Shown here in pieces: positions 28,770 to 39,149 of a stretch of 64,000 nt of DNA; within the stretch, counting starts at the first letter, position 1, and each line of letters begins with the position of its first letter. This DNA is from an uncultured Fretibacterium sp. (GTDB lineage Bacteria > Synergistota > Synergistia > Synergistales > Aminobacteriaceae), in NCBI GenBank assembly GCA_937899395.1, contig CALBPU010000181.1, positions 4,297 to 68,296 of the forward strand, in the 5' to 3' direction. The translations under genes and the position numbers were made by a program. Below the pieces are notes generated by a model. It made no database searches. It saw only the letters and a list, made by a program, of their open reading frames with translations, and was not told the DNA's origin.

Positions 28770-29449
28770 TAATTATAAGAGCCTCCCTTCTCATCTCTGA
28801 TTAATCTGCCGTTTTCAAGCTCTATAACTCGTTTTCTTGATGAATTTACTATTGCTTGATTATGAGTTGACATTACAACCGTAACTCCAGCAGCATTTAT
28901 TGCAAATAAAATCTTCATTACCTCAGCAGCTGTGTGAAAATCTAAATTTCCAGTCGGTTCGTCCGCTATAAATAACGAAGGTGTGTTTGCTAATGCTCTT
29001 GCGATTGCAACTCTTTGCTGTTCTCCTCCTGAAAGCTGTGCTGGTTTCATCGAACGTCTTCGCCACAAACCTACTTGATTTATAACATCTTTAGTTCGCT
29101 CTTCAACAAGATTTTTCGGAACTGACATTGTTTCCATTACAAAAGCAACATTTTCATAAACTGTAAGTGCAGGAATCAATTTGAAATCCTGAGCTACTAA
29201 TCCTACATCACGTCTGTAATAAGGGACGTCCGAACTTCTCATTCGTCTGAGATCATAATCTCCAACCGTTATTGAACCTTTTGAAGGCAACAATTCACGT
29301 GTTATTAAGCGTAGTAATGTTGATTTTCCCGAACCTGTCTGACCGATTATATAAACAAATTCTCCTTGAGTAATATCCAAGCTAATATCCGTAAGTGCTG
29401 CTATATCAGGCTGAAATATTTTTGTTACTCCCGAAAAATTTATATTCAT
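28769..29449 (-). CDS. ftsE: Cell-division ATP-binding protein FtsE
   Basis: Walker A GQTGSGKST, signature LSGGEQQRVAIARAL, Walker B LFIADEPTGNLD. ATG at 29449, 11 nt after GGAG. Confidence 0.9.
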   Translation of the reverse strand: MNINFSGVTKIFQPDIAALTDISLDITQGEFVYIIGQTGSGKSTLLRLITRELLPSKGSITVGDYDLRRMRSSDVPYYRRDVGLVAQDFKLIPALTVYENVAFVMETMSVPKNLVEERTKDVINQVGLWRRRSMKPAQLSGGEQQRVAIARALANTPSLFIADEPTGNLDFHTAAEVMKILFAINAAGVTVVMSTHNQAIVNSSRKRVIELENGRLIRDEKGGSYN

Positions 29450-29452
29450 CAA

Positions 29453-30349
29453 TTATTCATCTCCTTTATATTTAGCTCGTTCTATCATTGCCTGCTGTGT
29501 GTCGTATTCTCCCCATAATGCGAGTATTATGTCATCTGTTGACATCTTTCTGACTTCTTTAAGTTCATTGTAAAGTTCATGATTCAAATATTCCCACAAA
29601 ACAAACGTAGTATCTGAATTTTTTCCGTTATCATAATTAAACCTTTTCACAATAAGCCAACCTGATACAGGATTATATAAAATAACAGGCGAAATTTTTT
29701 GTGCTGCTACATGATCTATTTCAAGTTTTGTAAATGAAAGTTGTTTCAGTTCGCTAATAACGCCTTTATCAGGTATATTCAAAATTGAAAACCATATTTT
29801 CATTACATTTTTTGAATCCGTAAAAGTTTCAGGCCCCGCCTTTAACCATGCTTTTAATCTGCGTGCAGTTTCAAATTCATGTCGTGCCAATGCAAATCTT
29901 AAAGTCCAATAAGTCTTGCAAAGCGTTAAATCATTCTTCATAGTTTCGTTGAAAGTTTTTTCGTCTGAAAACTTTATTTCTTTTTCTCTTAATATGGTTT
30001 TTAACATTAATAACGTCGGAACATGCCTTCCGGGAGGTTCGGTCAATGAAAATAATTCTTTACGAAGAGCATTAACTGTTTCTTTCGGAATTACTGTAGG
30101 TTTTGAATTTCCGTTCGACAAAGATAAAACTTGATCATCATATAAAAATACATCTTGATGTTTATCTCCTGATTTTAACACCCATTTTGAACCGATTCCG
30201 AGCAAATATTGATTATGAGGTAACAACAACATCACCGAAGGTTCTTCAGGCATTGTAATATTATTCGGGATATTTTCGGGCGGCAATTCCGCTAAAGTTC
30301 CGTTAGACATTAATTCAAGCAACAATTTTTCATTCACCTCTCTCATCAT
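29453..30349 (-). CDS. Hypothetical protein, translationally coupled to ftsE
   Basis: 298 aa, soluble, no motif I recognise. Its stop is 3 nt before the ftsE ATG, and its start overlaps the ppx-like gene by 20 nt. Confidence 0.5.
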   Translation of the reverse strand: MMREVNEKLLLELMSNGTLAELPPENIPNNITMPEEPSVMLLLPHNQYLLGIGSKWVLKSGDKHQDVFLYDDQVLSLSNGNSKPTVIPKETVNALRKELFSLTEPPGRHVPTLLMLKTILREKEIKFSDEKTFNETMKNDLTLCKTYWTLRFALARHEFETARRLKAWLKAGPETFTDSKNVMKIWFSILNIPDKGVISELKQLSFTKLEIDHVAAQKISPVILYNPVSGWLIVKRFNYDNGKNSDTTFVLWEYLNHELYNELKEVRKMSTDDIILALWGEYDTQQAMIERAKYKGDE

Positions 30350-31259
30350 ATATCAACAGTCCGTGCCTCAAGCCGTTAATGCTGACCGTAAATGAATTTA
30401 CCTCAAAAAATTTCAATATTGTCAATATAATACATGCACTCCCTAATATTATATCTGCCCTCGCAGGCGGTAAACCGATTATATTTTCACGCTCTTTTAA
30501 CGTCAATGATGAATACATTTTTATCTGACGTTCAACATCTCTTACCGTTAAAATTCCTCCGTGAAGTTTTGACGGATCAAAATTTTCACACGCATATTTA
30601 ACTCCTGCCATTGACACTGCACCTCCGCCAACTCCGATTATCTTCAGTGTTTCACCTGAAGGCGCAAAATCAATTATATTATACTCAAGCAAAAGATTTT
30701 TAACATAATTTACAATTTCATCACAAAATTTTGCTTTAACGGGTTTGTTATTATCGTAGGAAAATTTCTCCAAAAGTGTTACAGCTCCTATCGGAACACT
30801 TACGATTTTTTCAATGTTACCGTTTAACCCGATTACAAATTCCGTGCTTCCTCCTCCGGAATCAAACATCAAAACTTTTCCCTTAACGTCAAATCCGTCA
30901 ATAGCTCCGTACCACGAATATTTTGCTTCGTCTTCTCCGGAAAATACATGAACATCATAACCTGTCGAATCTTTTACCATATTAACAAATTCCTGCGAAT
31001 TTTTAGCTGTCCTTAATGCCATAGTACCGACTATGAAAATTTCATCACCGTATTTTTTTGCTCTTCTTACCATTTTAGTTACGGCAGTGCAGGAATTTTT
31101 CATGCTCTGTTCGTTCAAGTATCCCGAAACTGACATTCCTTTTCCGAGTTTCACAACTTCAGTTTCATCACGGATAACTTTTACTTTAGAGTTTATGACA
31201 TTAGCAACACGCATTTTTATCGAATTGCTTCCGATGTCTATTACAGCCTTAACCGCCAT
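30330..31259 (-). CDS. Ppx/GppA-family phosphatase (ASKHA fold)
   Basis: DIGSNSIKMRV phosphate-1 motif, DSGGGSTE, GVGG; 309 aa (N-terminal Ppx-GppA module only). Confidence 0.8.
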   Translation of the reverse strand: MAVKAVIDIGSNSIKMRVANVINSKVKVIRDETEVVKLGKGMSVSGYLNEQSMKNSCTAVTKMVRRAKKYGDEIFIVGTMALRTAKNSQEFVNMVKDSTGYDVHVFSGEDEAKYSWYGAIDGFDVKGKVLMFDSGGGSTEFVIGLNGNIEKIVSVPIGAVTLLEKFSYDNNKPVKAKFCDEIVNYVKNLLLEYNIIDFAPSGETLKIIGVGGGAVSMAGVKYACENFDPSKLHGGILTVRDVERQIKMYSSLTLKERENIIGLPPARADIILGSACIILTILKFFEVNSFTVSINGLRHGLLIYDERGE

Positions 31260-32382
31260 GTTTCCGCCTCAATGATTCCTGAAATACGAAACAAAATGCC
31301 GTTACAGGAATTGTGAATAATAATCCTAATGTCCCTGCCAGACTTTGAACAATCTCTTGAGCTATATAAGGGTCGTTCAAAATTCCCGAAATTTCAACTC
31401 CTGCACTGCAAATTAATATCGCCATCGGTAAAGAGCTTCCGAGATAAGCAAGTATTAATGTGTTAATCATGCTTCCGAGAACTTCGCTTCCGACGTTAAG
31501 ACCTGCTAACAAAAGCCTGTCGAGATGAATTTTTTCATCATAATCAACAAATTCGGACATTGAAGCAGTAACTGACACTCCGACATCTAACACCGCTCCT
31601 ATTGAGCCTATTAAAACCGATGAAAGCAATACGCCCCTCATGTTCAAATTCGGTAATGTTGAAGCAAGCAAAGCCGAACCTTCACCTGCTAATCCCGACA
31701 ACTGCCACAAATGAACCATTGCAGCACCGCAAGCAAAACCGCACATTACTCCGCCTAAACTTCCAAGCAATGAAACTAACATATATCTTATATGTCGGAC
31801 TACGCACAAAATCGTTACGGTCGAAATGATGAACACCGAAGCTATTGCAACAGGCACAGGAGACCAGCCCAATGTTACTAACGGTATCATAGTAAATATT
31901 AATACGCCTATCGAAGCTCCTAATCCTAAAAGCGCAAATAGTCCTCTGTAACCAGTCAACGCTATTAACATCGTGCAAACCGCCATTATTATTCCTGCTA
32001 CCGAAGGCACTCTGAATGAATCTGCGATTGAATATTGAACTGTTCCGTCCTCAAAATAATCCCAAACTAACAAATAATTTCGTCCAGGAATAATTTCAAG
32101 TCCGCTTCCCGATAACCTTACCGTGTTTACGGTTATAACTTCACCGCTGTTATTACCCGATAAAACCATCAATATTAATTGACGTTCCAATGTTTCGTAT
32201 CTGTCTTCATCACCTGAAATATCGGATTGCCTGATTTTTTCTTCTCCGGCTTCAAGTACTCTTACTATTAAAGATTCGGAGGTGTTCCAGTTTTTAATGG
32301 CAAAATAATTTACAAGATAATAAAACGTCCACGCTACAGCCAACGCAAAAATTATTTTCAGCACAAAATTTTTAGTCTTCAT
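31249..32382 (-). CDS. YibE/F-family membrane protein
   Basis: 377 aa: N-terminal TM, an extracytoplasmic beta-rich domain of about 110 aa, then about 6 TM helices. This matches the general YibE/F layout. Confidence 0.6.
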   Translation of the reverse strand: MKTKNFVLKIIFALAVAWTFYYLVNYFAIKNWNTSESLIVRVLEAGEEKIRQSDISGDEDRYETLERQLILMVLSGNNSGEVITVNTVRLSGSGLEIIPGRNYLLVWDYFEDGTVQYSIADSFRVPSVAGIIMAVCTMLIALTGYRGLFALLGLGASIGVLIFTMIPLVTLGWSPVPVAIASVFIISTVTILCVVRHIRYMLVSLLGSLGGVMCGFACGAAMVHLWQLSGLAGEGSALLASTLPNLNMRGVLLSSVLIGSIGAVLDVGVSVTASMSEFVDYDEKIHLDRLLLAGLNVGSEVLGSMINTLILAYLGSSLPMAILICSAGVEISGILNDPYIAQEIVQSLAGTLGLLFTIPVTAFCFVFQESLRRKHGG

Positions 32383-33310
32383 AGTTATTAATCCTTAACT
32401 CTAAAATTTCTCTCATGTCTTCAGGTAAAGGAGCATAAAATTTTTTACCTGATATTTCATTCAACGATTCTTCATGTAAAATCGGAAATTCTAATTCATA
32501 AGCATGTAACATAGGACGCTTAATATTTTTCATGAGCCTGTTAAATCCAAAATCTCCGTATTTTCTGTCGCCTAATATCGGGTGCCCTATATGTGCCATA
32601 TGAACCCTTGCTTGATGTGTTCGGCCTGTCTGTAATTCCAGCTCAACCAACGAAATTTTTTCATCTTCAGATGTGGCGAGAGTTTTACAGATTGTTACGG
32701 CTTTCGAGCCTGCTTCAGAGACTTTCACGAGATTTTTTTCAGCGTCCTTTAACAACGGTGCTTCAATCGTAATTTTTTCGGGAGCTTTACCAACAACTAT
32801 TGCACGGTAAAATTTTTTGACCTTGCGTAATTTGAAGACCTCTTCTAATGCTCTTAACGATTTTCCGTGAAGCGCAACAATTAAAATTCCCGTTGTATTT
32901 CTATCTAGCCTGTGAACCGCAGCAGCCGTCCTTAATCCCGTAACGCTCCAAACTCTTGAAATTATAGAATCTCCTCCGGCTTCATCGGGCTGAACTAAAA
33001 TTCCTGAAGGCTTGTTCAGGATTAAAACATTTTCTCCATGAAATATTATTTTGATTTTTCCCCATGAAGAATATTTGTTCGTTAAAATTTTGTTATCGTT
33101 TTCATTTTTAAGAGGCCATTTAACGATTAACTCATCACCTTCATAGAGCCTTTCGCCGGGTTCACGGATTTTTTTTGAGTTCACACGAACTTCACCGAGC
33201 CTTATTGACTTCATTATCTCGCCTAAACTCACCCACTTGAATTTCCCCCTTAAAAACCTGTCCAGCCTCCTGCCGTCATCATCTCTTGAAATTTTTATTG
33301 AGTAACTCAT
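32372..33310 (-). CDS. RluA-family 23S rRNA pseudouridine synthase with S4 domain
   Basis: S4-like N-terminus (RLDRFL), catalytic HRLDRNTTGIL, TGRTHQARVH. Confidence 0.9.
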   Translation of the reverse strand: MSYSIKISRDDDGRRLDRFLRGKFKWVSLGEIMKSIRLGEVRVNSKKIREPGERLYEGDELIVKWPLKNENDNKILTNKYSSWGKIKIIFHGENVLILNKPSGILVQPDEAGGDSIISRVWSVTGLRTAAAVHRLDRNTTGILIVALHGKSLRALEEVFKLRKVKKFYRAIVVGKAPEKITIEAPLLKDAEKNLVKVSEAGSKAVTICKTLATSEDEKISLVELELQTGRTHQARVHMAHIGHPILGDRKYGDFGFNRLMKNIKRPMLHAYELEFPILHEESLNEISGKKFYAPLPEDMREILELRINNYED

Positions 33311-33311
33311 T

Positions 33312-34355
33312 TTACTTTAACGAAATTCCCCGCCATAATCTTCGCTCCAACATCGGAATATAATCCGTGAAATCACTTTGAGGATTGAGATTTTCAATTT
33401 GATTTCGCCAAAACGTTACTCTGAAATCAATTTCATCAGCGGCATTTACGATTAAAGCCTCAGGAGTTTGAGGCAAGACGGGCGCACCGTATTCAAATTT
33501 TCCGTGATGGCTCAAAATTATATGTCCGAGTGCCAATGTTAAATCATGGTCAATTTTTTCAATCTCAGCAGCTTTCATAAACATGTGATAGCCTATGACA
33601 GTATGATCAATGACGCTTGCTTCGGGTAAAGTTTTAGGTATTGTGTCATTCTTATAAGATTCAGTTTTCCCTATGTCATGAAGAAGCGCACCTGCAATTA
33701 TTAAGTCAATGCTTATAGGAACGTTGAAATTTTTGTAATGTTCGGCCATGTCTCTTGCTCCTAAAGTAACAGATACCGAATGTTCAAGAAGCCCTGCCGT
33801 GTAAGCATGATGAAATGTAACAGCAGCAGGATAAGTTCTGAATTTTTCCCATAAACCGTGCTTAAAGAATATTGCGTTGAGAAAATTTTTCAATGTTTCA
33901 TTAGAGATTTCGTTGATTAAGGATTTGAAACTTTCCTCTAAAAATTCCTGCTTTAACGGTGAACGTTTAATGAAAGATTTAGGAGGATATTTATTTTGAT
34001 CAAGAATATAAATCTCAGTGAAATTATATTGTAACTGTCCTTTATAATCCGATATGCGGCCTATAAAACCCATGCTCAAACCTTCAAAATTAAATCCGCA
34101 GTTATCGGGGTCAATCGGAAATTTATCGCCGTTCTGAATATTTTGCCAAGACGAATCGAACCATGCACGCCCCGTTATATCGCCCGTAGTATCTGTAACC
34201 ATAATTTCCCAAAAAGGACGGTTATTGCGGTCTAACCTTCTGTAAATTTTCGTTACGATACCTGTTAATGCAAAATCCGAATCTTTTGAGAGCTGTTTAA
34301 TGTCCCTTATGTTGATAATTTTTTCTTTGTCCTTAGTAATTTTTATTGCTTCCAT
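33312..34355 (-). CDS. OB-fold + HD-domain nuclease (YhaM-like 3'-5' exoribonuclease family)
   Basis: N-terminal OB-like segment (FALTGIVTKIYRR...WEIMVTDTTGDITGRAW), HD motif LLHDIGK, and a downstream SHHG. Confidence 0.65.
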   Translation of the reverse strand: MEAIKITKDKEKIINIRDIKQLSKDSDFALTGIVTKIYRRLDRNNRPFWEIMVTDTTGDITGRAWFDSSWQNIQNGDKFPIDPDNCGFNFEGLSMGFIGRISDYKGQLQYNFTEIYILDQNKYPPKSFIKRSPLKQEFLEESFKSLINEISNETLKNFLNAIFFKHGLWEKFRTYPAAVTFHHAYTAGLLEHSVSVTLGARDMAEHYKNFNVPISIDLIIAGALLHDIGKTESYKNDTIPKTLPEASVIDHTVIGYHMFMKAAEIEKIDHDLTLALGHIILSHHGKFEYGAPVLPQTPEALIVNAADEIDFRVTFWRNQIENLNPQSDFTDYIPMLERRLWRGISLK

Positions 34356-34446
34356 TGTTGAAGTCCTTAATTAAATCAAAAAATCAAATTTGTTATTATT
34401 ATAACAGCGAGAAGATTTTATTAATTTGGAAGTGAAAAAGTTTAGA

Positions 34447-34968
34447 ATGATTTTATCGGGACTTGAAATTAAAAATCATATTGACCGTGATATTATAATC
34501 GAACCTTTTGATGAACGGAGATTAAATCCTAACAGTTATAATTTGTCGCTGCATAATGAGCTTTTAATTTACTCAAACAAAATTTTAGATATGCGTGAAA
34601 AAAACGACACTCAGAAAATTTTAATTCCTTCTGAAGGTTTTGTTCTTGAGCCGGGAGTGTTATATCTCGGACGTACCGAAGAATATACTAAGACTGAAAA
34701 TTTTATTCCGATGTTAGAAGGAAGGTCATCAATAGGAAGACTTGGAATTTGCATTCATGTTACGGCTGGATTTGGTGATGTAGGTTTTGCCGGATATTGG
34801 ACACTTGAATTATTTTGCGTGCAGCCTGTGAGAATTTATACGGGAGTTCAGATAGCACAGATTTATTATCACACAATCAGCGAACCTTATGAACGTTACA
34901 CGAAGGGCAAATATCAAAATAACGAAGGTATTCAGGCAAGTATGTTATACAGGGAATTTGAAAGATGA
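34447..34968 (+). CDS. dcd: dCTP deaminase
   Basis: ORF 34426-34968; likely start at MILSGLEIK. NPNSYNLSL, GRSSIGRLG, ELF...P motifs. Confidence 0.85.
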   Translation: MILSGLEIKNHIDRDIIIEPFDERRLNPNSYNLSLHNELLIYSNKILDMREKNDTQKILIPSEGFVLEPGVLYLGRTEEYTKTENFIPMLEGRSSIGRLGICIHVTAGFGDVGFAGYWTLELFCVQPVRIYTGVQIAQIYYHTISEPYERYTKGKYQNNEGIQASMLYREFER

Positions 34969-35831
34969 AAGAACTCGGATTAATAATAAATTTACGCAAG
35001 CCCGAAGCTGTGAAGATGGCTCAAAAAATTATGACATGGGCAAAAAATCACGGCTGTGAAATTTTACTGCCTCATCAGGAAGCCAGCGCATTAACAACAG
35101 TAGGGCTTGACGATGAACAATGGCTCAAAACAGTAAAACTGGCTTTAGTAATCGGAGGAGACGGGACGTTTTTAAGGGCAGCACGTTACATAATGGGAAC
35201 GGAAATAATTTTGCACGGGGTTAATATGGGGCATTTGGGTTTTTTAGCATCAACAAAACCTAATGAAATTGAAAGTGATTTAGAGAAGATTTTGAGCGAC
35301 GATTTTGAAGTTATAGAACGTCGTGTTTTAAGCAGCGTTTTATATCATGACGAATCGCCTTCTCATAAAATTTATGCCTTAAACGACATCGTATTAACAA
35401 CTAATGCAATAGCCCGTTTAGTACAGATTGAAATCAGGTTCAATGAAAAATTCTTTTGTGTATTGCCTGCTGACGGAGTGATAGTTTCAAGTGCGACAGG
35501 TTCAACAGCTTATGCTCTTTCGGCAGGAGGTTCGATAATGCCGCCTCAAATGGACGCGATAATTTTGGCTCCGTTATGCGCACATACGTTATATTCAAGG
35601 CCGTTATTGGCATCGGATAAGGATACTATAACGTTAATACCGAGAGGAATTTCGAGAGATTTAATGTTGACGCAGGACGGACAGGTTGCTTATGAGATAT
35701 TCCCGAATGACAGAATAGAAATCAAATTATCAGGAACTAAAAAAATCAAGACACTGAATTTTCCCGATAAAGGATTTTTGGATATAGTAAGTGAAAAATT
35801 AGGTTGGGGCAAAGCGTTTAACAGTGATTAA
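34965..35831 (+). CDS. nadK: NAD kinase
   Basis: GGDGTFLRAAR, NxGxLGFL, SSATGSTAYALSAGG. It overlaps dcd by 4 nt. Confidence 0.9.
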   Translation: MKELGLIINLRKPEAVKMAQKIMTWAKNHGCEILLPHQEASALTTVGLDDEQWLKTVKLALVIGGDGTFLRAARYIMGTEIILHGVNMGHLGFLASTKPNEIESDLEKILSDDFEVIERRVLSSVLYHDESPSHKIYALNDIVLTTNAIARLVQIEIRFNEKFFCVLPADGVIVSSATGSTAYALSAGGSIMPPQMDAIILAPLCAHTLYSRPLLASDKDTITLIPRGISRDLMLTQDGQVAYEIFPNDRIEIKLSGTKKIKTLNFPDKGFLDIVSEKLGWGKAFNSD

Positions 35832-37416
35832 GAATTTAAGCATAAAAAATATCGGAGGAATTAGAGAGGCCGAATTAACTTTCAAACCCGGCTTAAATGT
35901 TATCACGGGTGAAAGCGGTGCGGGCAAGAGCAGCATAATCCGTTCCATAGAATTATTAACAGGAATAAGAGGAGGAGCGAAATTTATTCTTGCCGGCGAA
36001 AAAGTCGGAAAAGTTGAAGGAGTTTTTACTTCCGAAGATAAAAAAATATATCGTGAAGTTTCGGAAAACGGAAGAAATAAAGCAAAAATTGACGGAGCAA
36101 ATGTCGGTTTAAGTACCTTTGCTGAAATTGTTGACGGTTTAGTGAGGATTCAAAGTCAGTTTTCACAGTTGGAATTATTAGAGCCTGAAAGACAGTTAGC
36201 GATGTTGGATTCATGTTTGCCTGAAAAAATAAGGAAAGAAATATTTGATGAGTTTCACGAAATTTATGACAAAGCAAGAGAGAGTGTTAAAAATTTACGT
36301 GCGATAAAAAAACGTCGGAGCGAAATTGAGAAACAATATTCAAACGCAAGAGAAATATTTGACCTCATAAAACTCTCAAAACCCGAACCCGGTTTAGAAA
36401 AGCAGCTTGAAAATGAATTAGCAGACTTAACACACAGGATATTTCAACGTGAACGTGCTCAAGAAAATCTTGATGAATTAACAGGCGGTTTATCGGAGAA
36501 CGGTTTAATTGGGAAGACTGAGGATTGTTTCGAGGAGCTTTACGAATTTGCAGATGATAATGACATAAACAGCGTAAAAAATTCGATTGAGATTTTATAT
36601 AATGCCGTAAAAAATATTTCCGTTAATATTTTGTCGGACGATGAAGAAAATGACAATATAGTTCTTGAACAAACCGAAACGAGATTAGGAGCTTTAAGAA
36701 GGTTAAAGAGGCTTTGCAATATAACAGACGAAAACGAACTGTTAAATTATAGCGATGAAGCATATAAAAATCTCGAATGGCTCGAAAGCAGTTACAAGGA
36801 ACTTGAGGAAATTTCAATTCGTTCATTAGATGAAAAAAGAAGGGCTAATGCTCTTGCAATGGAAATCAGACAGGCACGACACGAAGCCGCGAAAATTTTG
36901 GAAGACCGTGTGAATATTTTGCTGAATGAATTGGGAATGTCAGGAATAAATTTCGCCGTAAATTTCACAGGACTTCAGAAATTAAAATATAATGGAGCTG
37001 ATGAGATAGAATTTATATTGAAAGAAGGTTCGAGATCAGGACGTGTAGAGAAGGTAGCTTCAGGAGGAGAACTCAGCAGGTTATTATTAGCTTTACAGCT
37101 TTCGTTGCCTGATGAATGGTTACCGCCTACAATAGTATTTGATGAAGTCGAAGCAGGATTGGGAGGTCGGGCAGCAGTTTTATCGGGACTTCAACTGAAA
37201 AAACTTTCAACAAGGTGTCAGGTTATATTGGTAACTCATGAGGCTTCGATAGCAGCACTCGGAACTAACCATATATTAATACAGCGTCAAAACGGTGAGA
37301 CAATAATTACAAATATAAACGCCGCTGAAAGAATAAGGGAAATAGCGAGAATGTTATCAGGTTCACCTGACATGGCCGAAGCTCGTGAACACGCTAAAAT
37401 ATTGTTAAAAATTTAA
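35824..37416 (+). CDS. recN: DNA repair protein RecN
   Basis: Walker A GESGAGKSS, long coiled coil, ASGGELSRLLLAL signature, VFDEVEAGLGG Walker B. GTG start overlaps nadK by 8 nt. Confidence 0.9.
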   Translation: MIKNLSIKNIGGIREAELTFKPGLNVITGESGAGKSSIIRSIELLTGIRGGAKFILAGEKVGKVEGVFTSEDKKIYREVSENGRNKAKIDGANVGLSTFAEIVDGLVRIQSQFSQLELLEPERQLAMLDSCLPEKIRKEIFDEFHEIYDKARESVKNLRAIKKRRSEIEKQYSNAREIFDLIKLSKPEPGLEKQLENELADLTHRIFQRERAQENLDELTGGLSENGLIGKTEDCFEELYEFADDNDINSVKNSIEILYNAVKNISVNILSDDEENDNIVLEQTETRLGALRRLKRLCNITDENELLNYSDEAYKNLEWLESSYKELEEISIRSLDEKRRANALAMEIRQARHEAAKILEDRVNILLNELGMSGINFAVNFTGLQKLKYNGADEIEFILKEGSRSGRVEKVASGGELSRLLLALQLSLPDEWLPPTIVFDEVEAGLGGRAAVLSGLQLKKLSTRCQVILVTHEASIAALGTNHILIQRQNGETIITNINAAERIREIARMLSGSPDMAEAREHAKILLKI

Positions 37417-37437
37417 TTATGGAAAGGGAAAATAAAA

Positions 37438-38793
37438 ATGCCTGAAGAACTTGAAAAAGTATTTGATGAAATTCAAAAATTAATCGAGACGAAAAACATA
37501 AGAGAGTTAAGAATTATAACAGAGGACATGAACGACGCGGATATTGCGGACATAATTGAGGAACTTGAACCTGAAGGACGTGTAATATTGTTCCGTGCGT
37601 TACGTAAAGACATGGCCGCCGAAGTTTTTGCCCATTTAATATCTGACACAAAAGAAGCATTGGTTTCGCAATTAACAGCCCCCGAATTAGGACGGATTGT
37701 TGACGAATTATTCTTGGACGATGCAGCGGATTTGGTTGAGGAATTGCCTGCGGACGTTGTGAAGAGGATTTTGGAGAGTGCAAGCCCTGAAACAAGACGC
37801 GGAATTAATCAGCTTCTTCAATATCAGGAGGATTCGGCAGGAAGCATAATGACAACCGAGTATATATCGCTTCGTCCTGATATGAACGTTGAACAATCAT
37901 TCAAACATATTCGTGAAGTCGGAACTGATAAAGAGACTTTATACACATGTTACGTTACTGATCCTAAAGGAATTTTGAAGGGAGTTGTAACGGTTAGGAC
38001 GATGTTATTGTCTCAATATGCCGATATGATAGGCGACATAATGACCGATACAAATTTAATCAGCGTCAATACTAATGATGACCGTGAAAAAGTTACGGAG
38101 TTATTTCAGAAATATGATTTTATGGCATTGCCTGTAGTAGATTCTGAAAATCATTTAGTAGGAATTGTAACGGTAGACGATGCTATGGAAGTTTTGGAAG
38201 AGGAAAGCACTGAAGACTTTCATAAGATGGCTGCTATTTTGCCGATTGACGAGCCGTATTTGTCAATGGGAGTTTTGGAGCTTGCGAAAAAGCGTGTTAT
38301 ATGGTTAATGGTCTTAATGATTTCAGCGACATTTTCAGGACAGATAATAACGCATTATCAATCGGTTTTTGCTGCATTGCCCGCATTAATAGCTTCGATA
38401 CCGATGTTAATGGACACTGGAGGAAATGCCGGTTCGCAGTCTTCAACGTTAGTAATTCGTGGAATTGCTGTCGGAGAATTAAAGATTTATGACGCTCTGA
38501 AAGTTTTGCTGAAGGAGTTAAGAGTCGGCTTGTTAGTCGGAGGAGGATTAGCGGTTGTAAATTTCTTCTATAAATATGCAATGAGCGGCGACCTTCCTCT
38601 TTCAATAACAGTAGGAATAAGTTTGTTTGCTACGGTAATTTTTGCACAGACAATCGGAGGAATGTTACCTTTATTAGCAAAGGCGTTAGGATTTGACCCT
38701 GCATTAATGGCTTCACCGATAGTAACGACGATAGTAGATGCAGGAAGTTTGACAGTGTATTTCATGACAGCAGGAAGAATAATGCACTTATAG
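37438..38793 (+). CDS. mgtE: Magnesium transporter MgtE
   Basis: MgtE-N acidic domain (DDAADLVEELP), CBS pair, and a 5-TM C-terminal domain with the GGNAGSQSS motif. Confidence 0.95.
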   Translation: MPEELEKVFDEIQKLIETKNIRELRIITEDMNDADIADIIEELEPEGRVILFRALRKDMAAEVFAHLISDTKEALVSQLTAPELGRIVDELFLDDAADLVEELPADVVKRILESASPETRRGINQLLQYQEDSAGSIMTTEYISLRPDMNVEQSFKHIREVGTDKETLYTCYVTDPKGILKGVVTVRTMLLSQYADMIGDIMTDTNLISVNTNDDREKVTELFQKYDFMALPVVDSENHLVGIVTVDDAMEVLEEESTEDFHKMAAILPIDEPYLSMGVLELAKKRVIWLMVLMISATFSGQIITHYQSVFAALPALIASIPMLMDTGGNAGSQSSTLVIRGIAVGELKIYDALKVLLKELRVGLLVGGGLAVVNFFYKYAMSGDLPLSITVGISLFATVIFAQTIGGMLPLLAKALGFDPALMASPIVTTIVDAGSLTVYFMTAGRIMHL

Positions 38794-39084
38794 AAAATAG
38801 AGGTCTGATTCCCTGAGGGGGGAATTTCGACCATAAATTTCTATTATATGAGGGGGGTAAAACTAAAAAACGATCTAAACAAGATTGAACAAAAACGAGG
38901 AATATTAATTCATAAATCATTTATATTTCAGAAATCCTTCTTGCAGGTTAAGGGTTTCATGACTGAATAATCAATTTCGTATTGTTCGTAACGTCAAACA
39001 TTATAGCGCAAAAAAATTATGTGTCAATATTTTGTTAATGATTAGTGATTAAGTAATAAGCATAATGTGTTGACGAAAAAAAAA

Positions 39085-39093
39085 TGCTAGAAT
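39085..39093 (+). promoter_or_regulatory. Candidate extended -10 promoter element (TGcTAGAAT)
   Basis: TGCTAGAAT at 39085-39093. The nearby TTGACG (39070-39075) is only 12 nt away, so it cannot serve as a -35 with normal spacing. Confidence 0.3.
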
Positions 39094-39115
39094 ATTTTAA
39101 CTTTGAAAGTAAATG

Positions 39116-39149
39116 TTACCCCTTTAATAATTCGAGGGGTAAATTTTTT
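39116..39149 (+). terminator. Intrinsic-terminator-like hairpin inside the leader of the antiporter gene (candidate attenuator)
   Basis: TTACCCCT (39116-39123) pairs with AGGGGTAA (39135-39142), then A-TTTTTT (39143-39149), 38 nt before the TTG start at 39188. A near-copy of the 3' arm (AGGGGGGTAAAA) sits at 38851-38862. Confidence 0.55.

Noticed and set aside
37417-37437. M-box (Mg2+) riboswitch upstream of mgtE
   Set aside because: Only 21 nt separate recN from mgtE. There is no room for an aptamer of about 160 nt, so mgtE appears co-transcribed with recN.
38849-38968. 39-aa ORF (MRGVKLKNDLNKIEQKRG...) in the mgtE-antiporter intergenic region
   Set aside because: It has no Shine-Dalgarno sequence upstream and no recognisable features. 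The region is better treated as non-coding leader or RNA until tested.
39070-39093. TTGACG ... TAGAAT as a canonical sigma-70 promoter
   Set aside because: The spacer is only 12 nt, far from the 16-18 nt optimum. Only the extended -10 (TGcTAGAAT) is kept, as a low-confidence feature.
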